A stretch of DNA of 55,501 nucleotides, from assembly GCA_015493685.1 (NCBI GenBank), contig WGCS01000114.1:1-55501 (forward strand). The letters run 5' to 3'. A program made the position numbers and the translations under genes. Below are positions 7,901-16,629 of the stretch, piece after piece. The notes under the pieces are model-generated. The model ran no database searches, had not been told where the DNA came from, and saw nothing but the letters and a program-made list of their open reading frames with translations. Positions within the stretch are counted from its first letter, which is position 1. Each line of letters opens with the position of its first letter. This DNA comes from Bacteroidales bacterium (GTDB lineage: Bacteria; Bacteroidota; Bacteroidia; Bacteroidales; UBA1556).

Positions 7901-10097
7901 TATTGGGTAAACCAGTGGATATATTTGTCCAATTACTCCCCCCGTCAGTCGATTGATAAATTCTATCCCCATCGTAGCCACCAAAAGTAACCCACAGGGT
8001 ATTAGCATCATCATCTTTTACTGAGATATACGTAATTGCATTGGTAGAAACAGGCAAAGAGCCGGTTATATCAGACCAATTACTACCACCATCGGTAGTT
8101 TTCCATAATGTATTTGGATCGGCGGTGTATATTACACTAGAATTAGAAGGAGCCACTGCCAAGGTTCGCAAATTTCCATTTCCTCTGGAATCAGTAGTAT
8201 TCATAGATGATATTACCGACCAATTTGTTCCTTGATCTGTTGATTTATACACATTATTATATGCAGCATAAAGCGTATTACTATTATTGGGATCGATAAC
8301 AAAAGGGGTGAGCCATGCCCCTGTACCACTTTTACCACTGGGGCTAATATCTGTTTCGGATCCACTCCATTGGGCAGTAGTACGATTTAAAGAACCATAG
8401 GAATATGAACCATATTGATTATTCACATCATTTTTATCAATATGGCAATCTAAACCGTCGCCCCCTTGCACGGTATACCAAGTACCACTAATCTTGGCTT
8501 TTGTACCATTATCTTGTAATCCGGCCAATAGATCTCCCGCAACGGTTTGGGCAACGGAAATCCGATACATCTGGCTAATTACCATATCACCTGTTATCAT
8601 TGTCCAATTGCTACCCCCATCAGTGGTATTATATATTCCACCATCATTAACCTCAAAAAGGGCAGCATCAGAGGCTCTAAAATTCAACATATGGTGATCG
8701 GAATGAGCAACAGGGGCAGAATTTTTATTGTATGTAGTACTTGATGTCCAGCAATTTACAGCATTCCAACTAAGACCTCCATCGGTAGATTTATGCGTAT
8801 TAACGCCAGCCACATAAACTTCATTAATATCATTGGGAGAAACAGCAATAGCAAGATCGTAGCCCCCTTGACCACTGGTACCGCCACTACCATCGGTATA
8901 ATATCCCATGAGATTGTGATTGGTAGCAGTACCATCATAAACTAAAGAATAACTAGCCCCACTATCGGTGGATTTATAAATTCCCTTTAAACCTCCGGAA
9001 CGAGTAACTACTACAGCATATACATAGCTGCTATTGGCAGCAGAAACTGCCAAGTTACAACGATAATCGTCCGTGGCAAAAGTGGCAGCAGTAGTCCAGC
9101 TGGCACCACTATTGGTAGATACTAAAGCATATACATTATTCCAATAATCTTTGGTAGAAGCATAAATTACCGTTGGGTCTCCGGGTTTAAATTCCATATC
9201 GACGACCGTATATGAATTATAAATATTTGTCCAACTGGTTCCACCATCGGTAGATTTAAGAATTCCATCAGAACCAGCCACATAAAGAGTAGACAAATTA
9301 TTTGGGTCGATAAGTATTCTCGAAAGCATTTTACCTTGAGAAATAGTATAAGTGAGACCGGTAGCAGCCCACGAACTACCACCATCAGTAGATTTCAATA
9401 CACCGATACTATTATTATCATGCACCTGTCCACCGCCCAATGACCACATGGAACCCCCATCACGGTCACCGGTAGCAATATATATGGTAGAGGAAGTACC
9501 ATAATCAGAAGGAATTCCAATATCGCTAACACCTAATACGGCGTTATTATCAGTTAGGACTGTCCAATTGGTGCCCCCATTGGTAGTCTTCCATAAACCA
9601 CCCGAGGGAGAGCCTGCCCAAAAAGTATTATTGTCAGAAGGATGAAAGGCAACACAATTTAAACGACCTGTTCCAAAATAACCACCTTGTGAGCTACTGG
9701 GGCCCAAAGAAGTCCAAGAGGAAGAAGTTAGTGGTCCAGCCTTAATTCCTTTATTGGAAGAGTGAGAATTATTTCTTTTCCATATATCATATTGCTCTTG
9801 TGCCGATGTAGTTGGAAAAGCTCCTGTAGTTGGATTAACACGTTTCTCCATATAATAAAACCAACGGTTAAAAACTTTCCAATAAGGGGCCTTTTGTTTG
9901 TGCCCATTCTTATCAAAATAATATCCATTTTTTACATGGTAAGGAGCCCAGTAAGTATTAAATGCATTTTGATAATCAAATAAAGTATACGTATCTGATT
10001 TTTTGTTTTTAGGTAAATACTTTAAAAAATCTTGAGCATAAACACCTCCGGCAAGGAATAGTGCAAACACTATTAGTACTAGTGATTTTGTTTTCAT
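4902..10097 (-). CDS. Giant (1731 aa) T9SS-secreted multi-domain surface protein: BNR/Asp-box propellers, FN3-like, MAM/cleaved-adhesin-like and PPC-like domains, then a T9SS CTD
   Basis: Signal peptide MKTKSLVLIVFALFLAGGVYAQ. At least 9 S/T-x-D-x-G-x-x-W Asp-boxes (STDGGSSW, STDGGTSW, TTDGGSNW ...) lie between aa ~125 and 810. Beta-sandwich modules occupy aa ~815-1030. An FPYNESFEG...NIDNVMLF module spans aa ~1031-1192. The IELLMFKA...YYRLRNVDLDG module precedes the CTD IYPNPS...VYYLSL...LLKK. Confidence 0.85.
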   Translation of the reverse strand: MKTKSLVLIVFALFLAGGVYAQDFLKYLPKNKKSDTYTLFDYQNAFNTYWAPYHVKNGYYFDKNGHKQKAPYWKVFNRWFYYMEKRVNPTTGAFPTTSAQEQYDIWKRNNSHSSNKGIKAGPLTSSSWTSLGPSSSQGGYFGTGRLNCVAFHPSDNNTFWAGSPSGGLWKTTNGGTNWTVLTDNNAVLGVSDIGIPSDYGTSSTIYIATGDRDGGSMWSLGGGQVHDNNSIGVLKSTDGGSSWAATGLTYTISQGKMLSRILIDPNNLSTLYVAGSDGILKSTDGGTSWTNIYNSYTVVDMEFKPGDPTVIYASTKDYWNNVYALVSTNSGASWTTAATFATDDYRCNLAVSAANSSYVYAVVVTRSGGLKGIYKSTDSGASYSLVYDGTATNHNLMGYYTDGSGGTSGQGGYDLAIAVSPNDINEVYVAGVNTHKSTDGGLSWNAVNCWTSSTTYNKNSAPVAHSDHHMLNFRASDAALFEVNDGGIYNTTDGGSNWTMITGDMVISQMYRISVAQTVAGDLLAGLQDNGTKAKISGTWYTVQGGDGLDCHIDKNDVNNQYGSYSYGSLNRTTAQWSGSETDISPSGKSGTGAWLTPFVIDPNNSNTLYAAYNNVYKSTDQGTNWSVISSMNTTDSRGNGNLRTLAVAPSNSSVIYTADPNTLWKTTDGGSNWSDITGSLPVSTNAITYISVKDDDANTLWVTFGGYDGDRIYQSTDGGSNWTNISTGLPNIPIMCVIQNKLNTGNVELYVGTDVGIYLKDGTNNWTSYMVGLPNVVINDLAIYYDNATPANSLLYAGSSGRGIWSSPLNSTSCTAPVTQASNFATSNLDVNSMTVSWTRGNGDKVIVLAHEDAAVDANPSSGTAYSANMAFGSGDEIGTGNYVVYNGTATSANVNNLNGGTAYYYAVYEYDTTDNCYLMPALVGSATTLGAPSVTTAVVSSITASSATSGGDVTSTNGASLTHKGVCWSTSTSPTIADSYTDDIASGTGTGSYSSSLTSLSNSTTYYVRAYATNANGTAYGNELNFTTSCGGTISVFPYNESFEGTNCWTQGDVTGSSGQWDINTGMLHPSGSAEDGNKVLSFNSYTADEGDQTLISSPDLDLSTLSKPMFSFWMYHDDGYSSDTDKVQVAYKISGSWYLSNAIYRYSTTVGWVRYYVDLSSMSGITNIGFLGTSAYGNDCNIDNVMLFDGATKTNGKLSKCSPYYIRDGGSGSLYFYDEYTFRVADGGNYDIIGDWRVSSSFDGYLYLYSPSFDPANPSTNLIASNDDYNSIDSSKIASQALSAATDYVVVATTFSANNTGSNLVVTVEGNSEISAPAETDYHGIPGGAAHTVASTDGTSRVSDYECDDSNSWTHYYDDNGTAADYSDDNILLSVKKNSNELGATTVTVAGAAGASEISPSVAPYTSSFSGWYVFNRYWELTPTTQPASDVKVRFYYTSADFNDLNTALTNAGRSTVASLTDLSFLKINDLNSAGYNPNPADGQVDVPKATAYDADGAWIYSHAASASTDRWASGTLGSANYSEFIIRHFSGGGGGAAGNAYDGSLPIELLMFKAFARTDFNAIAWQTASESNVDYFEVQRLNPDTKEISSVGRLQSKGNSNTLQKYEMLDKKPLEAAYYRLRNVDLDGIDRVYDWVYVQRTAKKLEIVNIYPNPSLTSAYIDILSPKANLALLEIRNSLGQIIYSNSLGLVKGSQTIQVDVSTFEAGVYYLSLSEGSERITTVLLKK

Positions 10098-10389
10098 AGT
10101 AATTGGTTTAAATATTGAGCCGCGTTAAAAGTAGCAGGAGATTTTGGAATCCTAATTTAATCAGCAAATAACATCTAAATTTCTTATTTTCTGTTTTACT
10201 TCACTTAAATTCTCTCCCATAGCTATAGCCATACAAAAAAATAAAATTCGTAAAATCTCAAAAATAGTTTGACTTTATATTCGTTTTCTAATAATTAAAA
10301 CGGCATAAAACAATTTTAGAATGCTTGTTAACCCTAATTTTAATACGATTTTAGCATTACAAAGATAATGAAAAATTATTAATCTATTC

Positions 10390-11901
10390 CTATTTTTTTT
10401 CTAGTCTATTTAATCCTGCCTTAGCTTTTTGTGTTATACTATTCTGATACTCATCAAAATCCATTTCCAGACATTGGTGATAGTAAGTCTCAGCTATCCT
10501 ATAATTATTCACCCTTTCATAGTGATAGCCGAGATTCAAAGCTGAATTAGCAGCAAAATAATAAGGCAGTTTACGGCCTTGCTTGATTGTCATTTTATAA
10601 TAGATCACCGCTACTTTGGCATCTCCCATTTCATCATATATTCTTGCCAATCGATAAATATATTCGAGTTTATCTTTGGGGGAAGTATAGGCTCCTTTGA
10701 CATAAGAATGCCTTAATATTGTATCAGCCTGACGGAAATAACCACCATCAAACAGCAAGCGCGATTGCAATAATGGTACGTTGGGAATGCCTTTTTGTTG
10801 GGCATTTTTTTGTGCCTGCTTATCGGCATCGAAGAAAGCAGCTCCATGATGAAGTATTTGCTTTTTATACGTTTTAAAGGCTGCAGTATCGCCATGGAGT
10901 AATGAAGACCATGCCATTTTTAAAAATGCTGCTTTACGGTAATTAAGACCGGGATAATTATTTAAATAACGCTTAAAATAAATTATTGATGATGAATCGG
11001 CTTTAAATAACAGACTCTCTCCATACATATAATCCAAATAATAGATTTGATTAGAATTGCGACTTAACTCTTTCTGTATTAGCGACAAAGCAGCTAGTGC
11101 TTTATCATTTAATTTCCGATGTTGAAAAAAAGAAACTTTAGTAAAAGCATATAATTGGTTATTGGCATACTTTGTATTTATTTCAGAATCTGAAAAAATC
11201 CTATATAATAAATTGGAAGTATCTTTTTTATTGGCATAATTGGTTTTGGTAAAGGAATAAGCTGCCAACGACTCCACCCATAAATAATTATATTCCACGC
11301 TATTATTACATACTAATAATAAAGAGCGAAGTTGTTTGTTCCCAAGATCCAAATCTCCTTTCATATTGATTAAACTCAGTGTCCAGGTATAGGATTTGGG
11401 AACACTGCCCAAGGCTATATTCATCAATCCCAGTAGTTTCTTATTGAGCTGAAAATCAGGATACAATTTAGCATTCTCGTGGATAATATTATATGATTTC
11501 TTAAACTGAATCAGAGCAGAAATAAAATTTGATTGTAAAATATTAATAAAAGAATTCTGCAAATGCAAATCAGCTAATAAGTATAATTTATAAGGATTAT
11601 CTCCTTCAGTATCAGCCAATAAATCAATGGCTTTATCGTAGTTTATTTTAAACTCTTTATAATCAATCTCCTGCTCTGAAGTACTAAACTTCAGAAAATA
11701 GGCCAAAGCATTCACGCTATAAACCGCTGCATTAGTTGGATCTGCCTTTTGCTCAATAGCTAATACGGAATCCATTTCCTGAAAATGAAATGCCAAAGCC
11801 AGACGATAAGCTTTTTTGCACTGATTATTATAATCGAGCCCTGCCTTTGCTTTAATAAAAGAAAGCGTAAGTATGATTACAATAAGAATCAGTTTTCTCA
11901 T
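10390..11901 (-). CDS. Secreted all-helical TPR-like repeat protein, function unknown
   Basis: Signal peptide MRKLILIVIILTLSFIKAKA. TPR-like pairs near the C-terminus (YRLARIYDEMGDAKVAVIYYKMTI, LNLGYHYERVNNYRIAETYYHQCL). The start overlaps the upstream stop by 4 nt. Confidence 0.6.
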   Translation of the reverse strand: MRKLILIVIILTLSFIKAKAGLDYNNQCKKAYRLALAFHFQEMDSVLAIEQKADPTNAAVYSVNALAYFLKFSTSEQEIDYKEFKINYDKAIDLLADTEGDNPYKLYLLADLHLQNSFINILQSNFISALIQFKKSYNIIHENAKLYPDFQLNKKLLGLMNIALGSVPKSYTWTLSLINMKGDLDLGNKQLRSLLLVCNNSVEYNYLWVESLAAYSFTKTNYANKKDTSNLLYRIFSDSEINTKYANNQLYAFTKVSFFQHRKLNDKALAALSLIQKELSRNSNQIYYLDYMYGESLLFKADSSSIIYFKRYLNNYPGLNYRKAAFLKMAWSSLLHGDTAAFKTYKKQILHHGAAFFDADKQAQKNAQQKGIPNVPLLQSRLLFDGGYFRQADTILRHSYVKGAYTSPKDKLEYIYRLARIYDEMGDAKVAVIYYKMTIKQGRKLPYYFAANSALNLGYHYERVNNYRIAETYYHQCLEMDFDEYQNSITQKAKAGLNRLEKK

Positions 11902-13517
11902 AATAGCTTCGTATTGAGAGTATCTAAGTCGATTTTACCATCAAAAAAATGACTCAGAAGTTTATATTTAGTCTTATCTTCTTTTCGCAAAACAATTAAA
12001 GCTGTATTTAAGGCCGAGCGTGCCGCAGTAGGAATTCCTCCTCCCAGTTCCGCCCACTGACCACCAATAAGCAGATTCTTTATTTGTGTATAATGAGAAG
12101 CCACTTTATTTTGCATATTTTCTTTCCCCGGTCTTTGTCCCATCATGCTACCTTTGTAATTATAGGTATAGCGTTGATACGTAAAAGGAGTAGCCACTTC
12201 ATAAAACAGAATATTCTTCTTTAAATCAGGGGCAAGTTCTCTTTCGACACGGTCGATTAACTGTCTTGCAATTTTGTTTTTAAATTCCCGATATGCTTTC
12301 CCTCTTAACCGGGTCCCCTGGGGGCTAAGCTCTGTTTTCCAATAATCATATTTTTCTATATCCGCTGCCATATAAATGGTAATAATTCCCTTCCCTTTAG
12401 GGCAAATGGTCTTATCTCTGGCCGAAGGAGCTATTATACTTAATTTGCTAATTTCAGGATCAGAGCTCTCATGGCCAGCTCTTTCCATGTTATTCTGTGC
12501 AAAAGAAATCAATTCCTCTCCAAAGCCCAATTGTTCCGCCTTACAACTCAAGGCAACGGAAACAGTAAAACTAGATTTGTATAAAACCGCTTTCTCAAGT
12601 TTAGCAATACGTTGCTTATCAAGCAGTTCAGAAGGTAACATCTTCCGATAAAGAGAAGGCAAGTCAGCAGCCATAACTACATAATCTGCATAAATACTTT
12701 CTTTCTGATTATTCATTAAAAAATCAACTCCTTTTGCCGTTTTTGACTCCACAATTATGGCTTTAGCCTCTGCATTGAGCAGTATTGTATTTCCCAAGTC
12801 ATTATTTTTCTGAAGAAGCCAATCCACATAGCGAACACTTCCTCCCGCCGGGGTTTTATAATAATCATTATTCTCTGCCCATGCCAAAGGGAAAAGACAA
12901 GAAAGTAAATCCGACTCTGAATTAAAAACATCTTTAATCTTTTCTCCAATAAAATATTTATCCATAGCCTTTTGCATGCCAATATCTCCACTATATTTCA
13001 GATGCTTAATTAAAGGGATAATATAGGGAAGCATTCTGGTGTAGTAAATCGATTTCTCCACTAAACCCATTGTCTCATGAGAACGAGAAAAATTAGAAAT
13101 ATTATTACTTATTTTTGCCAATTCACAGGAATGTTTAAAAAACAGATTGATTCCCACTTCTTCATCAGGAAATTGACTAATAAAATCGGCTTTCACCTTA
13201 TTGATATCACTTTGGAGCATGATATCATAATTCTTTGATTTGTAACGATGTATTTGTTTTAAAGGAACCGGTTTTGGATAATCATTGCCAATAAAGCTAA
13301 ATAATTTATGAACGATACCGGTTTCACCAAATTGATTTAACCAATGGATAGCAGTATCAAAATGAAAATCTTTTCTTGAGTATCCGGCAATATAACCACC
13401 TGCTTGATGTTCTTTTTCGAGAATACAGCACTTATATCCCATTTTCCCAAAAACAGCTCCCAAGCTTAATCCACTAACTCCACCACCAATAATAATAACA
13501 TTATATTTTTTTTGCAT
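11898..13517 (-). CDS. FAD-dependent oxidoreductase of the phytoene desaturase / CrtISO / RetSat-like family
   Basis: N-terminal dinucleotide-binding motif NVIIIGGGVSGLSLG...ILEKEHQAGGY and the C-terminal family signature GGQWAELGGGIPTAARSA. Substrate unknown. Confidence 0.7.
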   Translation of the reverse strand: MQKKYNVIIIGGGVSGLSLGAVFGKMGYKCCILEKEHQAGGYIAGYSRKDFHFDTAIHWLNQFGETGIVHKLFSFIGNDYPKPVPLKQIHRYKSKNYDIMLQSDINKVKADFISQFPDEEVGINLFFKHSCELAKISNNISNFSRSHETMGLVEKSIYYTRMLPYIIPLIKHLKYSGDIGMQKAMDKYFIGEKIKDVFNSESDLLSCLFPLAWAENNDYYKTPAGGSVRYVDWLLQKNNDLGNTILLNAEAKAIIVESKTAKGVDFLMNNQKESIYADYVVMAADLPSLYRKMLPSELLDKQRIAKLEKAVLYKSSFTVSVALSCKAEQLGFGEELISFAQNNMERAGHESSDPEISKLSIIAPSARDKTICPKGKGIITIYMAADIEKYDYWKTELSPQGTRLRGKAYREFKNKIARQLIDRVERELAPDLKKNILFYEVATPFTYQRYTYNYKGSMMGQRPGKENMQNKVASHYTQIKNLLIGGQWAELGGGIPTAARSALNTALIVLRKEDKTKYKLLSHFFDGKIDLDTLNTKLL

Positions 13518-13642
13518 TAATTCAATCTTAGTACAAATTATTTTAGCTGTTAAAAATACAATTTATTTTAATTCCATTGGCATTCTGTTTCACAACAAAG
13601 CACTATTATTGAATCCATAAATCAATCAGTCTCCCATTACTT

Positions 13643-14050
13643 TTATTTTCCAAGAGACTTTGTTTTAATAGCGGCGGGAGAACTTCCTTCATATTTAGAG
13701 GGGCATTTAAGCAGAATACTACTGGCATAAAATACATCTCCCTTCATTTTTCCACTCACCACTACCTGAGTACTGCGTTGAAAGTCCTGAGGTTTGGGTT
13801 TATTAACAACCACTTTAGCTTCCTTATTATCTTGATCTTTCATATAGAAACTAAACTCATCGGGATTAACTTTAGCATTATAAATTATGGATTTAGTGGT
13901 ATCGAGAGTACCAACAATATCATAGCTTTTATTATGCTTACCTGCCATGGCAAAAGTAGCATAATTACGCGTATTACCCATAAGGCTAACAATCATCACC
14001 CCCATTAACACAGCGATACCAACAATAATAATTATATTAGTTTTTTTCAT
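13643..14050 (-). CDS. ccmE: Cytochrome c maturation heme chaperone CcmE, Cys-type (CxxxY) variant
   Basis: N-terminal TM anchor, an OB-fold-sized body, and a C-terminal LLKCPSKYE where canonical CcmE has H-x-x-x-Y. Follows ccmC/ccmD. I placed the start at ATG 14050 (MKKTNIII); the ORF-track start 14065 is a TTG. Confidence 0.75.
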   Translation of the reverse strand: MKKTNIIIIVGIAVLMGVMIVSLMGNTRNYATFAMAGKHNKSYDIVGTLDTTKSIIYNAKVNPDEFSFYMKDQDNKEAKVVVNKPKPQDFQRSTQVVVSGKMKGDVFYASSILLKCPSKYEGSSPAAIKTKSLGK

Positions 14051-14180
14051 TGCAGTCTTCCTCAATTCGTTTTTCTAATTTCTTCATTTTCCCATCTAAT
14101 GAGAACATATAGAATGCTATTCCTATTAAAATGATGGCCAATACAGCCACCACAACATATATTTTATATTGATCATCCAT
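14031..14180 (-). CDS. ccmD: CcmD-like small single-TM protein (49 aa), absent from the ORF track
   Basis: My own translation is MDDQYKIYVVVAVLAIILIGIAFYMFSLDGKMKKLEKRIEEDCNEKKLI*. The ATG lies 2 nt after the ccmC stop and the 3' end overlaps the ccmE start. It has one TM helix plus a charged tail, as expected for CcmD in this position. Confidence 0.55.
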
Positions 14181-14182
14181 AA

Positions 14183-14857
14183 CTAATCCATTTCTTTTTC
14201 TTGTAAAAAATTCTCTATTTTTCTAGCCCGTATTTTCAAATTCAACACCCATAAACTCAATAATATCCAACCAATAAGTGCAGGATAAAAAACGTATCTC
14301 ATTTGAGCATCCATATCGCCAAAGGCTGGATTACCATCACCACTACCGGGGTGCATCGTATCAGTAGAAAGTCGTGGTAATATTCCCACAAAAACAAGCA
14401 AAATAACAAAGGCAAATATATTATAAACTGCTGACACCCTGGCTCTTTTCTCTTCATCATGAATGGCAGAACGCAATACCAGATAGGCGAAATAAACTAA
14501 AAGACTTACTGCGGCACCATTGAGATGAGGATCGTTAGTCCATGGTGCGCCCCAAGTAAAAGTAGCCCAAACCATGCCGGTAATAATTCCCAATAGTCCA
14601 AAAAATATACCTACTCTTACTCCTTCATCAGCTCTTAAATCATACTTAATATCACCCTTGGAAATAAAACGAATACTATCAATAAACGAGGAGGTCATAA
14701 TCGCCAACATGGCAAACCACATTCCTACATGATAAAACACATTACGAAGTGTATCACCAATATTAGTATCGGGAATTTGGACCATAAAACCGGCAACTAT
14801 TGCATACACCAGCAAGAGCACGGCTGTTATTTTCCACCAATTATTCTTCATTATCAA
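14183..14857 (-). CDS. ccmC: Heme exporter / heme lyase subunit CcmC
   Basis: Six-TM protein with the Trp-rich periplasmic loop FTWGAPWTNDPHLNG. Candidate flanking His ligands lie in FYHVGMW and TMHPGSG. Confidence 0.85.
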   Translation of the reverse strand: MIMKNNWWKITAVLLLVYAIVAGFMVQIPDTNIGDTLRNVFYHVGMWFAMLAIMTSSFIDSIRFISKGDIKYDLRADEGVRVGIFFGLLGIITGMVWATFTWGAPWTNDPHLNGAAVSLLVYFAYLVLRSAIHDEEKRARVSAVYNIFAFVILLVFVGILPRLSTDTMHPGSGDGNPAFGDMDAQMRYVFYPALIGWILLSLWVLNLKIRARKIENFLQEKEMD

Positions 14858-14874
14858 GCATTTAAAAAATTATA

Positions 14875-15537
14875 TTATTCTCTCCAAAGATATGGAAATA
14901 AGATATAAGACAACATAATAACTATCAGGTTGAGGCCAAACACCATTGCCAACAACTGCCATGCTTGCTGGGTAAAGGCAGAAGACTTCAAGGCCATTTC
15001 CGAGAGTTTCATTAAACTCAAGAGAAAAGGCAACATCAAAGGAAAGCTTAATATGGCCATCAAGGCAAAATTATTGTCCGACCTTGAGGCAATAGCTGCT
15101 ACCATAGTAAGTGTAGAAGCAAAACCCATGGCACCAACTAGCAAACTGACAAAAAACAATAAATCACCCTGAATCATATTTCCCAGAAAGAGCTGAAAAA
15201 CAACATAGGTTATCAGCGCCACCAAGAGCATCATAATGCTATTATAAATTATTTTTGAAAGGATAACAGCTTGTGGCGAAGCTAGGGAATAATAATACAG
15301 ATGACGACTCGGCTGCTCCTGAACAAAACTTTTTGAAGCTGCATTAACCGCCGCAAATAGCAGTATTATCCAAAACATAACATTCCAAGCATGGGCTCCT
15401 ATATCACCTTGAAAGGAAAGGTAGGCAACAAATACTGTTGAGAAAACATACAGAACAATGGAATTAATAGCATATTTTTGTTTTAATTCTAGTTGTATAT
15501 CTTTATTTAATAAAGCCTTTATTTCTCTCCTTAACAT
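14875..15537 (-). CDS. ccmB: Heme exporter membrane subunit CcmB-like (ABC-2 type permease)
   Basis: 220-aa six-TM protein directly upstream of ccmC, with CcmB-like size and topology. No ATPase gene is adjacent. Confidence 0.6.
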   Translation of the reverse strand: MLRREIKALLNKDIQLELKQKYAINSIVLYVFSTVFVAYLSFQGDIGAHAWNVMFWIILLFAAVNAASKSFVQEQPSRHLYYYSLASPQAVILSKIIYNSIMMLLVALITYVVFQLFLGNMIQGDLLFFVSLLVGAMGFASTLTMVAAIASRSDNNFALMAILSFPLMLPFLLSLMKLSEMALKSSAFTQQAWQLLAMVFGLNLIVIMLSYILFPYLWRE

Positions 15538-15546
15538 AAGCTCCTT

Positions 15547-16605
15547 TTAGTCTGTATCCTTCTCTTTGGAAAAGCTATCCCAGCCTTGGGCTTTGATGGG
15601 CACCGACACATTATTTTTGGTTATTAAGTTCTGACCGGCTGAAGCAGCAGTCATATAGCCAATAATAATTATCTCGTTTACATCCTTTATCTTATCAAAA
15701 TCGGATTGAGCTACAGTAAACAGCAATTCATAATCTTCACCCCCGTTCATAGTCAACATAGTAGGGTCCATATTGAAAGAGCGTGCAATATCCCAGGCTT
15801 GCTGGTCTATGGGAATCTTATTCTCATAAACGCTACAGCCCACATTAGATTGTTCACAGATATGTTTAATTTCCGAAGCCAGCCCATCACTAATATCCAT
15901 CATTGCTGTGGGCTTTACTTCAATTTCTTTGAGTAATTTAACCACATCGACTCTAGCCTCGGGTTTCAATTGGCGCTCAAGAATATAATCTAAGCCCTCC
16001 AATTGGGGTTGCATCTTAGGATTAGCAACAAACTCACTCTTTTCTCTTTCTAGCACCAGCAAACCTGCATAGGCAGCGCCCAAGTCACCACTCACACAAA
16101 GCAAATCACCTTCGTGAGCGCCATGACGATAGACAACATCCTCCTCTTCGGCGAGACCTAAAACACTAATAGACAATATCAATCCACTTTGAGAAGAGCT
16201 GGTATCACCTCCAACTAAATCAACATTATAATGTTCGCAGGCAAGTTTAATCCCTTTATAAAGCTCTTCTATTGCCTCCACACTGAAGCGATTGCTTAAA
16301 CCTATGCTTACCGTAATTTGTGTAGGAAGAACATTCATAGCAGCCATATCAGAGAAATTAACTACTGCCGCTTTGTAACCTAGGTGCATCAAAGGCGCAT
16401 AGGTGAGGTCAAAATGAACCCCTTCAACCAATAAATCGGAACTTATAAGCACCTTTTTTCCTTCCGGATTAATAACCGCAGCATCATCGCCTATGCCATA
16501 AATTGTGGAAGGCTGCTTTAGTTCTATTGACTTAGTAAGGTGATCTATTAATCCAAATTCTCCTATACTGGATATCTCTGTCCGTTTTATTCTATCTTCA
16601 AACAT
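15547..16605 (-). CDS. thiL: Thiamine-monophosphate kinase
   Basis: AIR-synthase-related fold: IGEFGLIDHL, GIGDDAAV, LLVEGVHFDL, GGDTSSS, ISDGLASE. Confidence 0.85.
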   Translation of the reverse strand: MFEDRIKRTEISSIGEFGLIDHLTKSIELKQPSTIYGIGDDAAVINPEGKKVLISSDLLVEGVHFDLTYAPLMHLGYKAAVVNFSDMAAMNVLPTQITVSIGLSNRFSVEAIEELYKGIKLACEHYNVDLVGGDTSSSQSGLILSISVLGLAEEEDVVYRHGAHEGDLLCVSGDLGAAYAGLLVLEREKSEFVANPKMQPQLEGLDYILERQLKPEARVDVVKLLKEIEVKPTAMMDISDGLASEIKHICEQSNVGCSVYENKIPIDQQAWDIARSFNMDPTMLTMNGGEDYELLFTVAQSDFDKIKDVNEIIIIGYMTAASAGQNLITKNNVSVPIKAQGWDSFSKEKDTD

Positions 16606-16629
16606 ATATTTTCTTCGGTGATACTAAAA

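Noticed and set aside
5222-9983. Numerous 60-135-aa ORFs antisense to or out of frame with long genes. They fall inside the giant T9SS gene, groEL (37776-38947), purH, mreB, icmF, sufB/D/S and others.
   Set aside because: These are shadow ORFs in confidently assigned genes. They show no motifs, low-complexity or Leu/Ile/Ser-rich translations, and no independent start context.
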